Source of the DNA: Vulcanimicrobiota bacterium
GTDB lineage: Bacteria > Vulcanimicrobiota > Xenobia > Xenobiales > JADMJV01
DNA length: 64,000 nt
Reading direction: 5' to 3'
Assembly: GCA_050250895.1 (NCBI GenBank)
Contig: JBFWNU010000001.1
Coordinates: 2,980,891-3,044,890, forward strand
Below the pieces are notes generated by a model. It was not told where the DNA came from, made no database searches, and saw nothing but the letters and a program-made list of their open reading frames with translations. Below are positions 50,841 to 59,702 of this stretch, piece by piece (position 1 is the first letter of the stretch; each line of letters opens with the position of its first letter). The translations under genes were made by a program, and so were the position numbers.

Positions 50841-50928
50841 GGTCTTGACCCACCGGCCGTCGAGAGCGGCCACTACCGCCGGTTTGCGGCAATCACGCGA
50901 GCTGGCGTGAGCAATGGGTCAAACGACC
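50841..50928 (-). ncRNA. candidate four-way-junction structured RNA
   Basis: Four helices read by eye; G-U pairs favour the minus strand; family not recognised. Confidence 0.45.
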
Positions 50929-50984
50929 CCATCGATGATGATGTTCACTATAGTAAAATCAAACCTGATTGGATGGCTTGGTAA

Positions 50985-52019
50985 GTGAACAATCTGGAGT
51001 TGAAGCCCCCCACCTTCCTCAGCACCTTTATGGCCTGCAACACCTGCCTGGTCATGCTAGCCTGTTGGGGAGCCGTGCCGTTTCTGGCTTCGGGGGCCTA
51101 CTGGGGGCAGACCCAGCGACCCGACTTATTGGGCTTGGTCGCGGTGGTGTGCCTGGTGTTGCCCTTGCTTTTCATGTGGCTCTTCCAGGTCGAGGACCGC
51201 TATTGCGTAGAGCAGGGTCACCTTCGCTTTTGCCGGCGCTTTCTGGGGCTTCGCGGTAGCCAGGATGTGGTCCGACTCGACCAGTTGACCACGCTGGTGG
51301 AAGAGCCCAGAAATTCAAATCACTGCCGGTTTCATGTCTTCACTAGCGACGGGCGCAAGCTAGCCATCCACGATATGCCCAAGGAGCCCTACTCGGAGGT
51401 GAAGGCTTTCGGTGCCCGCCTGGGTGAGGCCCTGGGCGTGCCTTTTGTAGCCAGCGGCGAGGATGTGGCCGGCTGGGCCTCGATCCGGCGCGGGGCCGAG
51501 AGCGGGCAACTGATTCTCGACCCCACCACCACGCCCGAGCGAATCCTGGGCGGCGGCGGATGCCTGTGCTTGACGGTGAGCCTGGCTTGCCTATTTGTGT
51601 CGCCGCTGTTTGTTGTGGCGGCTCTGCCCGGCATGTTCTTGCTGTTTCTGGCTCGTCACCTAGACGAATACTACCTGCTCGACTTTGGCGGCGGGAGGTT
51701 CGTCTTTGTGCGCGTTTTCTTCGGCTTCGAGTCGCGCCGGGAGGTCTGTCGCCTGAGCGACTTCGAGGCGTTGGTGGTCGAGTCCAGGCTCTCACGGGGC
51801 AAGAACACGGTGGACTGGTACTACGGGCTGACCCTGCTGACGCAGCAGCGCAAATACCGGGTCATCGATCAGAGCGAGTCAAGCCACCAGCGCACCTGCC
51901 GCGAGGCGGCCAAGCTAGCCGAGTTGCTCGATGTCGAGGTCAAGCAGGGCGAGCCCGAGCAGCTGACTCGCATCCTCCCCGGACCGGGCGGCTTTCGGGT
52001 CGAATTCGTGGCGCCTTAG
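50985..52019 (+). CDS. membrane protein with two tandem copies of a TM + beta domain
   Basis: VEDRYCV..FCRRFLG and LDEYYLLDF..FVRVFFG halves; related to 37974-38639. Confidence 0.7.
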   Translation: MNNLELKPPTFLSTFMACNTCLVMLACWGAVPFLASGAYWGQTQRPDLLGLVAVVCLVLPLLFMWLFQVEDRYCVEQGHLRFCRRFLGLRGSQDVVRLDQLTTLVEEPRNSNHCRFHVFTSDGRKLAIHDMPKEPYSEVKAFGARLGEALGVPFVASGEDVAGWASIRRGAESGQLILDPTTTPERILGGGGCLCLTVSLACLFVSPLFVVAALPGMFLLFLARHLDEYYLLDFGGGRFVFVRVFFGFESRREVCRLSDFEALVVESRLSRGKNTVDWYYGLTLLTQQRKYRVIDQSESSHQRTCREAAKLAELLDVEVKQGEPEQLTRILPGPGGFRVEFVAP

Positions 52020-52231
52020 CTGGCCTTCCGGGCCGGGCGACTCGCCCGGTCCGAGGCGTGTTCCACCCTTTAGGGGCTGACGGTGATAGTCACTCTGGCC
52101 GGTTACGGCGTCGTAGGCTGGGACGGGTTGGCTCGAAGTCGAGCCGGCTTGTATCGCTTGCGTTCCAGGCTGCGGCCGGGTATGGTTCTGGGCAACAGGA
52201 AAGCGGGCCGGGTATAGGCAAGGTGGTCAAG

Positions 52232-52471
52232 GTGAGATGGGACTTACCCCAGAGTCAAAAACCCCCCGAAACCGTCAGCCAGAGATTGGCCGTGGCCCTT
52301 TCGCTCTTTGAGGACGGAGTGGCCATGATGCGGGCCAATCTGCGCCGGCAGCATCCCGACTACACCGAGGCAGAGGTCGAGCAGGCTCTCGAAGCCTGGC
52401 TGCTTACCCGACCAGGCGCCGAACACGGCGACGGAGTAGGAGTCAAGCGCGAGTTTGACCCCTCTAGCTGA
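52232..52471 (+). CDS. small putative antitoxin partner of nucleotidyltransferase
   Basis: LFEDGVAMMRANLRRQHP..EAEVEQALEAW; overlaps the downstream gene; start uncertain. Confidence 0.65.
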   Translation: MRWDLPQSQKPPETVSQRLAVALSLFEDGVAMMRANLRRQHPDYTEAEVEQALEAWLLTRPGAEHGDGVGVKREFDPSS

Positions 52472-53036
52472 GAGCCTCGGTCGGGCTACTCGAGTGCTCG
52501 ACTCTTTAAAACTGAGCTATGCCCTGGTGGGCGGTCTGGCCATCGGCGCCCTGCTAGAGCCGCGCTTTACTCGTGATGTCGATCTGGTGGTCGGCGTGGC
52601 CACCGACCGCGAAGCCGAGAGGGTGGCCAGAGCGTTCTTGTCTGAGGGCTTCGAACTCGACTCACTGTTGCAGAACTCTAGCCTGGACTGCGTTGCCACA
52701 GCCCGCCTGTTTTCACCGGTCGTTCCCCGTCATTACGTCGATTTGCTTTTCGCGACCTGCGGCCTCGAGCCCGAAATTGCGGCCCGAGCCAGGCCGAGCG
52801 AGCCGTTCCCCGGACAACAGGTACCGGTGGCCCGGTTGGGCGACCTGATTGCCATGAAGGTTCTCGCCCGTGACGATCAAAGCCGTCCTCAGGACCGGGT
52901 CGACCTGGTGAATCTGCTGGCCGTGGCCGACGCCGAGGACCTGGCTCTGGCCCGCGAGGCCTGCCGCCTCATCCAAAGCCGCGGGTTTGGCAGAGGGCGG
53001 GATCTGGTCGGCGAACTGGCAGCGCTGCAGGGTTAG
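52455..53036 (+). CDS. AbiEii/AbiGii-like nucleotidyltransferase (putative toxin)
   Basis: YALVGGLA, PRFTRDVDL, LIAMKVLA and RPQDRVDL. Confidence 0.85.
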   Translation: MTPLAESLGRATRVLDSLKLSYALVGGLAIGALLEPRFTRDVDLVVGVATDREAERVARAFLSEGFELDSLLQNSSLDCVATARLFSPVVPRHYVDLLFATCGLEPEIAARARPSEPFPGQQVPVARLGDLIAMKVLARDDQSRPQDRVDLVNLLAVADAEDLALAREACRLIQSRGFGRGRDLVGELAALQG

Positions 53037-53069
53037 ACTTCCGCGGAACCCCGCGACCCCCGCGGTTAA

Positions 53070-55883
53070 TTATTGCTGCCCCTCGGCGCTGACCAGGCCC
53101 GAGCCGTCGAGTTGAGCGCGCAGGCGGGCCACGATGCGATCGTGGAGGTGGTCGGTGTCTTGAGTGGGGTCGTCGAGTGGGAAGACCAGGCTCTGGCCGT
53201 CGCTGGTCTTGAGGCCAAGGCTCAAGCCGTCGGCGGCGAAGTGGAGTTCTTTCACCGGTTTGGGGCTAAACAGCGGTGGTGAGACGGGCACGCCGGTGCG
53301 CGCCTCCCAGATGCGCACGCTCGAAGGGCCGCGCGAGACGCGCGAGGCGGTGGCCAGCCACTGGCTGCGGGGGCCGAAGGCCAGGGCCTCGACCGCCCCC
53401 TCGTGGGGGATGGGCTGGCCCACCTGAGAACCGTCGCGGGCCAGCCAGACCCGAGCCGTGCGATCTTGCGAGGCAGTAGCCAACAGGCGTCCGTCGGGGC
53501 TGACGGCCACATCGTTGATGGTCACGTGGGGCCCGTGGGTGATGGTGTGGCCGGCCACCATCAGGTGGTCGCCGTCGAGAATCTCGGGGTCGGCCGGATG
53601 CGGTGGCGCGGCCGGTAGAGGGCCGGGCTGGGGCGAATGGACGATCCAGCTTCGGGCCAGTCCCTGATAGAGCGAGGTCACCCGCAGGCCGCTGCCCGAG
53701 GCGGTCACCACCAGGCCACCGTTGGGATGGAAGAGCACCTGGTTGACGGGGCCGTCGTGGGGCCAGTCGGGAGTCAGCGGCTGGTGGGTGTCCACATCCC
53801 AGACCCGGCCTGTTCCGTTGGGCTCGGTGGTGGACCAGAGCACGTTCTTTTCGGCGGTTCCCACGGCCAGCTCGTGGCCGCCGGGGTCAAACGAAAGGGT
53901 GCGCACCGGACGCCGGTGAGGCAGGTAGTCGCTGGCGTTGGGCACCGTGTCGGGGCTGCCGTCGGAGTGCCACAGACTGACGTTGCCGTCATCACCGGCG
54001 CTGGCTAGCAGGTCGCCAGTGGGGCTGAAGGCCACCGCATTGACTCCGGCGCCGTGAGCCATGGTGTGCAGCAAAGTGCCGGTGCTGGTGTCCCACAGCT
54101 TGACGGTGCGATCGTCAGCAGCGGTGGCCAGCAGCTTGCCATCGGGAGAAAAGCGCAGGTCGTTGATCTCGTCGGCGTGGCCCAGGGGAGGGGTGGCCCG
54201 CTGGCCGGTGGCCACCTTCCAGATGACCGCTTGATCGACTTCGGCCAGACCCGCCAGGTACTGGCCGGAGGGGTCGAAAGCCAGGTGTTGCTCGTAGAAT
54301 CCCGTTTCGTGGTCGAGAGGTATTCGTTGGCCATCGAGGGTCCACAGCCGCACGCTGCCGTCTTCGCCGCCGGTGGCGATGTGGTCGGCACTCACGGCTA
54401 GGGCCACCAGTCCGGGCAGGCTCTGGTCGTTGCGATGGTCGAGGGTAAACAGCGTCTGACCGCTGCTGAGTTGGTAGGCCCTGGCGGTCCCGTCCCAGGA
54501 GGCCGAGAGCAGGCGCTCGCTGTCGAGGAAGGCGACCGCTTGCACGCGGCCCTGGTGCTTGAAGGTGTGCAGTTTGCGTCCGCTGGCGGCCTCCCATACA
54601 CCCACCGTCGAGTCGGCCGAGGCGGTGGCCAGCAGCCTTCCGTCGGGTGAGTAGGCTACAGCGATGACCTCGTCGTCGTGGGGGTAGGTCATCTGGATCG
54701 GCATAAACGACAGCCGCGCCAGCGTGGAGCGGTCCCAGCGGTATTTAAGCGCCTCGAGCCAGTGCAGATAGGCCTCTTCGGTGCGACCGGACTCGAGCGA
54801 GTGCAGCCCTGTTTCGACATCCGAGGCAAACCTGTTATAACGCGACTCCATCAGCAGGTAGTAGCCGGCCACCAGAGTCAGCAAAAGCCCCACCACCACC
54901 AGCTGGATCTCGCGCCGGGCCAGGGCGGTGCGGGCCAGGTAGGCGGCCGTCCAGGGACGCTTGCAGTGGAGCGGCTCCTTGCGGTCACGGCGCTGCAGGT
55001 CTTCGAGCACGTCCTGCATCGACTGATAGCGGCGGGCCGGGTCGGGGCGCAGGCAGGCCTCGATGATGGTGGCCAGCTGCCAATCGACGGCCGGATTGTG
55101 CTCGCGAATGGGCACCAGCCGGTTGTTCTTGAGGCATTCGACGTAAGCCTGAAGTCGCTCCTGAGTGTTGGAGAGTTCGGACATGCGCTGGTCGTCGCCG
55201 TCGGCGATGCGGGGCCGCTGGCCGGTGAGCAGCCAGTAGGCAGCGGCTCCAAAGCCGTAGACATCCCAGCCCACCGAGGGGGTCACCTTCTTGCCGGCCA
55301 GACACTGTTCGGGAGCCATGTAGCCGATGGTGCCCCAGGCGCCGTCGTCCGAGAAACTACGGCGGGATTGGCCAAAGTCGCCCAGGCGGATGCTCTCGGC
55401 TCCCGAGAGGTAAATATTGGAGGGCTTGACATCGCAGTGGATGACGCCTTTGGAGTGGATGTAGGCCAGCGCTTCGGCCAGCTGGCGAATCCAGACGATG
55501 GCTCGGCCCACCTCGGGACGCTCGTTCTGATCGAGCGAGCCTCCTTCGACCAGGGGAGTGACGATGTAGGGAGGGGTATGGTTGAGATCGGCGTCGAGCA
55601 CCGTCAGGGTGTAGGGATGGTCTTCGAGGTCGCGCAGAAAGTCGAGTTCGTGCTTGAAGTGTTCCCAGTTGAGGAGCTGCTCGTGCAAGACCAGCTTGAT
55701 GGCCACCCGCTGGCCGGTTTGTTGGCGCTCGGCCTCCCACACCACGCCGAAGCTGCCGTGGCCGATCTGGCGCCTCAGACGATACCCCGGAATGTCGACC
55801 GCGGTGGCGTCTTGCGAGGCCTTGCGCAGCTCCTCCTGACTGGTCAGGGACATTCCCAGGGTATCCTGGAAGCGTGGCTCCAT
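53070..55883 (-). CDS. Ser/Thr protein kinase with TM and WD40 repeats
   Basis: GHGSFG, VAIK, HCDVKPSN, DFG and GTIGYMAPE; multiple FSPDG..LATA..D WD40 repeats. Confidence 0.92.
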   Translation of the reverse strand: MEPRFQDTLGMSLTSQEELRKASQDATAVDIPGYRLRRQIGHGSFGVVWEAERQQTGQRVAIKLVLHEQLLNWEHFKHELDFLRDLEDHPYTLTVLDADLNHTPPYIVTPLVEGGSLDQNERPEVGRAIVWIRQLAEALAYIHSKGVIHCDVKPSNIYLSGAESIRLGDFGQSRRSFSDDGAWGTIGYMAPEQCLAGKKVTPSVGWDVYGFGAAAYWLLTGQRPRIADGDDQRMSELSNTQERLQAYVECLKNNRLVPIREHNPAVDWQLATIIEACLRPDPARRYQSMQDVLEDLQRRDRKEPLHCKRPWTAAYLARTALARREIQLVVVGLLLTLVAGYYLLMESRYNRFASDVETGLHSLESGRTEEAYLHWLEALKYRWDRSTLARLSFMPIQMTYPHDDEVIAVAYSPDGRLLATASADSTVGVWEAASGRKLHTFKHQGRVQAVAFLDSERLLSASWDGTARAYQLSSGQTLFTLDHRNDQSLPGLVALAVSADHIATGGEDGSVRLWTLDGQRIPLDHETGFYEQHLAFDPSGQYLAGLAEVDQAVIWKVATGQRATPPLGHADEINDLRFSPDGKLLATAADDRTVKLWDTSTGTLLHTMAHGAGVNAVAFSPTGDLLASAGDDGNVSLWHSDGSPDTVPNASDYLPHRRPVRTLSFDPGGHELAVGTAEKNVLWSTTEPNGTGRVWDVDTHQPLTPDWPHDGPVNQVLFHPNGGLVVTASGSGLRVTSLYQGLARSWIVHSPQPGPLPAAPPHPADPEILDGDHLMVAGHTITHGPHVTINDVAVSPDGRLLATASQDRTARVWLARDGSQVGQPIPHEGAVEALAFGPRSQWLATASRVSRGPSSVRIWEARTGVPVSPPLFSPKPVKELHFAADGLSLGLKTSDGQSLVFPLDDPTQDTDHLHDRIVARLRAQLDGSGLVSAEGQQ

Positions 55884-57097
55884 CAGGGTCCTGCCATGGG
55901 GATCTCTTCTTGGCGCACGCGCTTGCCCCAGTCGGCCAGCACGTTGAGCAGTTCCCACTGGCCGGCCAGGGGCCAGACCCCCGTTTGATAACCTTCATCC
56001 AGACGGTCGACCACGACTCCCCAGGGCATATCCATCAGCGGTTTGAAATAGCGATTGAGCTGCTTGTCCGACAATCCCAGGGCCAGCACCAGTTTGCTCG
56101 AGGACAGGCTGCCGGTGCCGTAGCGGCGGTCTTCATACCAGGCCACTACCCCGGCACAAGCGTGAAAAAAACGAGTCAGGCGCTGACCGTGCACGTCGCG
56201 ACCTCGCGGCACCGGCAATTCTTCGGGATTGGCTCCGTCCTGGACCACCTGTTTGGTCCATTCGACGGCGTCGTTGAGATAGTCACCCAGCACCAGCAAT
56301 TCCTCGAGCCATTTGCCAGCCGCTCGGGTGGTCTTCTCGCCCCAGCGGTCGGCCTCGAGACAGTCGGCAAAGAGCGAGCGCAACTCGACCACGTCTTTGT
56401 GGCCGTCAAAGCGGCGCCAGGCCAGCGGCAGCCCGCCGTCCAGCGCTTCCCGGTCGTCGCGCTTGACCGCGTCCATCGCGGCAAGCCAGGCGTCCTTGTC
56501 GACCACGATGGCCTGCAGGTCGATGACCTCGGCCAGGCGTTGGCGATACATCTCCAGGGCCGGGCCCCACGAGGTGGCCGGGTTCTGGCTGATAATGCCT
56601 CCCAACACCCGCGAGCACGACTCGACCAGTTCGCGGTCTTTGCGCCCCTTGACCTGGCCTACTTCACCCTCGGCCCGGGTCGAATCACGCATGGCCAGCA
56701 GAAAGCCCATGAAGGTCTGGGCGTAGGCGTCGTTGGCAAACGAGGATGCGTCCATGCTGTAGACGGCAAAGCCGAACGGATGAAAGCGGTCGCGGCCGAA
56801 CATGCGGGCGATGAAAACGGCCCCGTGCAAGAGTCCGCGGGGGTCGCGGCCGCGCAGGGTCTCGGACATGGGAACGTACTGATAGTCTTCTTCGAAGCGA
56901 CAGTCGATGAGGACCAGGTCGGGCTCGGTGGAGGGAAAGAGATTCTCGCTCCACAGACGCAGATGCTGGGCCCAGGTGCCCAAGGACGGGTCGAGTTCGC
57001 CTTCGCGATAAGGAACCTGTTGAATTTCGAGATGTTGGGTTTCGAGTTCGGTGACCGGACGGTCATCCACCAGCATGAGCCTGAGCTTTCTGGCCAA
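55883..57097 (-). CDS. atypical receiver-domain protein with possible C-terminal HTH
   Basis: LMLVDD, PDLVLIDCRF, GLL and FAVYS receiver elements with insertions; LVLALGLSDKQLNRYFK is HTH-like. Confidence 0.6.
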   Translation of the reverse strand: MARKLRLMLVDDRPVTELETQHLEIQQVPYREGELDPSLGTWAQHLRLWSENLFPSTEPDLVLIDCRFEEDYQYVPMSETLRGRDPRGLLHGAVFIARMFGRDRFHPFGFAVYSMDASSFANDAYAQTFMGFLLAMRDSTRAEGEVGQVKGRKDRELVESCSRVLGGIISQNPATSWGPALEMYRQRLAEVIDLQAIVVDKDAWLAAMDAVKRDDREALDGGLPLAWRRFDGHKDVVELRSLFADCLEADRWGEKTTRAAGKWLEELLVLGDYLNDAVEWTKQVVQDGANPEELPVPRGRDVHGQRLTRFFHACAGVVAWYEDRRYGTGSLSSSKLVLALGLSDKQLNRYFKPLMDMPWGVVVDRLDEGYQTGVWPLAGQWELLNVLADWGKRVRQEEIPMAGP

Positions 57098-58721
57098 GGC
57101 AAGTCCTCCATTCGGCTACCAGCCGGCCCCAGTGAAAGGTCCAGCGGTGTCGGATTCTTACGATATGGGAAAGGCTGGTCGGCCCCAGCAGCTCGACCGG
57201 GTGGGTTTCGACCAGCCCGCGCACCAGCGTATCTTCCAACGAACGAATGCGGTCGAGGCTGCGCGAGCGCGGAATCTGCCCGTCGCCGGTGGTGACCACC
57301 GGCTGCTCGATGACCACGCTGGCCTGTCCCGGCAGATTTTCACAGCCAATGATGACGGCTCGCTCGCCGGCTTCTAACTCCGAGAGCTCGCGACGGTCTT
57401 CGCGCCCGGCCCCCCGGGCTTCGGGATACTTGCGCAGGTTGCTCAACATTTCGATTAGACCCACCGTCAGCGCCAGGGTTTTGTCAAACAGCACGGGGTT
57501 ATCGCGCAGGGGGGGAAGACCCTGAAAGGGAGCGTCGGCCGGAGGTTGACCGTCGATGGTCCACTCCAGGAAGGGAGGCTCTTCGCCGCCGGCCCAGGCG
57601 TGGCCCACCAGCCCGCGCAGCCGCTCGACGATCACCGCTCCCAGGTCATCCCGTTCGGCCCAGTCGGGGTCGATCCAGTTGCGTAGCAGATCGTGCCACT
57701 CTTGCTCGCCCCGCTTCTTATGCAGCGAGATGGCCTGGGAGATGCCCCAGATGGGCAGCAGGTTCTCGAGCACCCGCTTGATATCGGGCGGAGCCTGGCC
57801 GCCCGACCACAGCTTGAGCGCTCCCGAGGTCTTGAACAGCGTGCCCACATGGTGCCCAAAAACTCCCAGCAGCGAGCTGTACTGGGCGGCCGCCTCGACC
57901 ACCAGGTGATGACCCACCAGCTCGGCCACCACGTCCACGATGGCGGCCACTTCCTCTAAGGTCTCGCGGGCCAGATAGCTCTCGCCAAAGGCGCACAAGA
58001 CAAACGATGTGCCCTCGAGCCCGGTCACCGGACTGGCCACCGCCCACGAGGAGCGGGCGCACAGGGTCTGGTCGGTGGGACCGGCCGTGTCTTCCCACAC
58101 GAAGGTCACGGTCGAGTTCTGCTCGAGGGCTTTCTGCAGCAGCTGGATATCGATCTCGGGCTCGCCCTCTTTGTCGAGCACGTCGAAGGTGGCCGCTCCC
58201 CGATGCACCTGCACGAAGGCCTGGCGTTCGACATCGGGCAGAATCTCGCGCACCACCGGAAAGGCCACCCTCCAGGGAGCCCCTCCGCCGGCTTCACCCC
58301 GCAGGGCCTCGAGCAGATGCAGGACGGCTCCGAAGCAATCCTCGAGACGCCTGAGCCGGGCTCGCTCCTTGGCCTGGCGGGCCAGGGTGAACTGCACGGT
58401 GGCGGCCGGCGCCCGCAGAATCGAGCCAAATTGCGTCTTGCCGCTAAAGAAGACGCCACCGGCCTCGAGTTCGAACTCGTTTTGTTGCTCGCCCCGATAA
58501 AAGAGCGGATTGCGAGCTCCCTCACAGCGCTTGACCAGCAGGCTGCTGCCTACCCGGTGCAGTTCGAAGTGCTGGCGCGACAGGTGGGGGTCGCCGGCCA
58601 CCGCAATGCGCCCTTGCTCGCGGCGGCCGTCATCGCGCCCGACCACGTAATGCTCGGCGGCGATCACCCACTCGCTGCGCTGGCCCTCGGGGTCGATGGC
58701 GATAAAGACTAGCTCGTCCAC
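57063..58721 (-). CDS. FHA-domain protein with GAF-like and degenerate histidine-kinase-like regions
   Basis: VVGR...LSRQH...RNP FHA motifs; GVFGHHVG (H-box-like) and EMLSNLRKY (N-box-like). Confidence 0.65.
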   Translation of the reverse strand: MDELVFIAIDPEGQRSEWVIAAEHYVVGRDDGRREQGRIAVAGDPHLSRQHFELHRVGSSLLVKRCEGARNPLFYRGEQQNEFELEAGGVFFSGKTQFGSILRAPAATVQFTLARQAKERARLRRLEDCFGAVLHLLEALRGEAGGGAPWRVAFPVVREILPDVERQAFVQVHRGAATFDVLDKEGEPEIDIQLLQKALEQNSTVTFVWEDTAGPTDQTLCARSSWAVASPVTGLEGTSFVLCAFGESYLARETLEEVAAIVDVVAELVGHHLVVEAAAQYSSLLGVFGHHVGTLFKTSGALKLWSGGQAPPDIKRVLENLLPIWGISQAISLHKKRGEQEWHDLLRNWIDPDWAERDDLGAVIVERLRGLVGHAWAGGEEPPFLEWTIDGQPPADAPFQGLPPLRDNPVLFDKTLALTVGLIEMLSNLRKYPEARGAGREDRRELSELEAGERAVIIGCENLPGQASVVIEQPVVTTGDGQIPRSRSLDRIRSLEDTLVRGLVETHPVELLGPTSLSHIVRIRHRWTFHWGRLVAEWRTCLGQKAQAHAGG

Positions 58722-58780
58722 CTCAGGACCTTTCGCTCCCCGGGGTGGGAATCCCGGGTGTTCAAGCCGAAGGCGCGGCG

Positions 58781-59173
58781 ATGAAAATTCTCAAGCTAAC
58801 CGTTCTTTTTATGCTCGCTCTTTCGACCCTGGCCCTGGCCAACGACCCGCTGCCCTTCGCCGTCAAACTCGGCGACCAGGCGGCCCAGCGCAAAGAGGGC
58901 GTCGACACCCACGCTGTCTTCGCCGGTCCGGTGGCCTCTAACGCCGTCATGTCGGTCTCGGGCGTCGAGGGTCAGATCATCGTCAACATCTTTCCCGCCC
59001 ACGAGGACGGCACCGTCGACTCGGGCGCCCAGGCCCTCATCCTGCTGTTCGACGCCAAAGCGTCCAAGGCCATCAGCCAGAACATGCAGGGCAAGGCCCC
59101 GGCTGCCGGTTGGTACCTGGCGAACGTCGTCGGAGGGGGCAATACCTCGCGCATCGTTTTCCAGGTGAAATAA
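58781..59173 (+). CDS. secreted hypothetical protein
   Basis: Signal peptide ALA-N; strong codon bias. Confidence 0.75.
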   Translation: MKILKLTVLFMLALSTLALANDPLPFAVKLGDQAAQRKEGVDTHAVFAGPVASNAVMSVSGVEGQIIVNIFPAHEDGTVDSGAQALILLFDAKASKAISQNMQGKAPAAGWYLANVVGGGNTSRIVFQVK

Positions 59174-59205
59174 AAAGAAAAAGCCCCGGCTTTCGCCGGG
59201 GCGTT
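59172..59205. terminator. intrinsic terminator hairpin
   Basis: A-tract then GCCCCGGC-TTTC-GCCGGGGC. Confidence 0.75.
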
Positions 59206-59310
59206 AGGTCCAACCATTGCTCATCTCACTGAGGAAACTTTACCGCCCCGGCGTCACAAGAGCGTTAAATCCCTGGTAGGCTCCGGGCCGGCCTTGCCGA
59301 AGTAACCAGC

Positions 59311-59595
59311 ATGAACAGAAGAACTCTCCTTTCCTACCTGCTAATGCTACCTCTGTCTGCTCTGGCGGCTGCCAAGACCGCCCAGGTGAAGCTCAAGATC
59401 TCCGGCGTTAGTTGACCCACCGGGTGAGGCAAGCGCGTCGAAGACGCGCTGATGCGCCTGGATGGCGTAGTAAAGGCAAAACTGATTCGACGGGACCTGG
59501 CCCAGGTGTTCTATGACGCCTCGGTCACCAACCCCGAGAAGATCGTGGCGGACTTCAACAAGACGGGTGGACGCTACCAGGCGGCGCTGACCTGA
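59311..59595 (+). CDS. secreted HMA (MerP/CopZ-like) domain protein with two in-frame TGA codons (putative selenoprotein, UPTGU)
   Basis: Manual translation: MNRRTLLSYLLMLPLSALAAAKTAQVKLKISGVS*PTG*GKRVEDALMRLDGVVKAKLIRRDLAQVFYDASVTNPEKIVADFNKTGGRYQAALT. TGA at 59413 and 59425; hairpins follow. Confidence 0.82.
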
Positions 59596-59603
59596 ACTCA
59601 ACT

Positions 59604-59640
59604 TGTAACCTCTGTAAGTGATCTGTAAGCGGCCTGTCAT
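59604..59640 (+). promoter_or_regulatory. OmpR/PhoB-type direct-repeat operator
   Basis: CTGTAAG (59612), CTGTAAG (59623) and CTGTCAT (59634) at 11-bp spacing. Confidence 0.55.
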
Positions 59641-59702
59641 CGGCTCGTTGGCGAGCCGGGATAAGCTTGACTCACAAGCAAGCACGAAAAGAGGAAAACA
59701 AG

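Noticed and set aside
50845-50922. tRNA gene
   Set aside because: Cloverleaf-like but no TTC T-loop, no GG D-loop, non-canonical arm lengths and no CCA; kept as an unknown RNA candidate.
59311-59595. Pseudogene or alternative genetic code explanation for the TGAs
   Set aside because: Both TGAs coincide with Cys positions, the rest of the frame is clean, and many genes in the window end in TGA.
59347-59685. Minus-strand 112-aa ORF in the track
   Set aside because: No recognisable features; it is antisense to the HMA gene.
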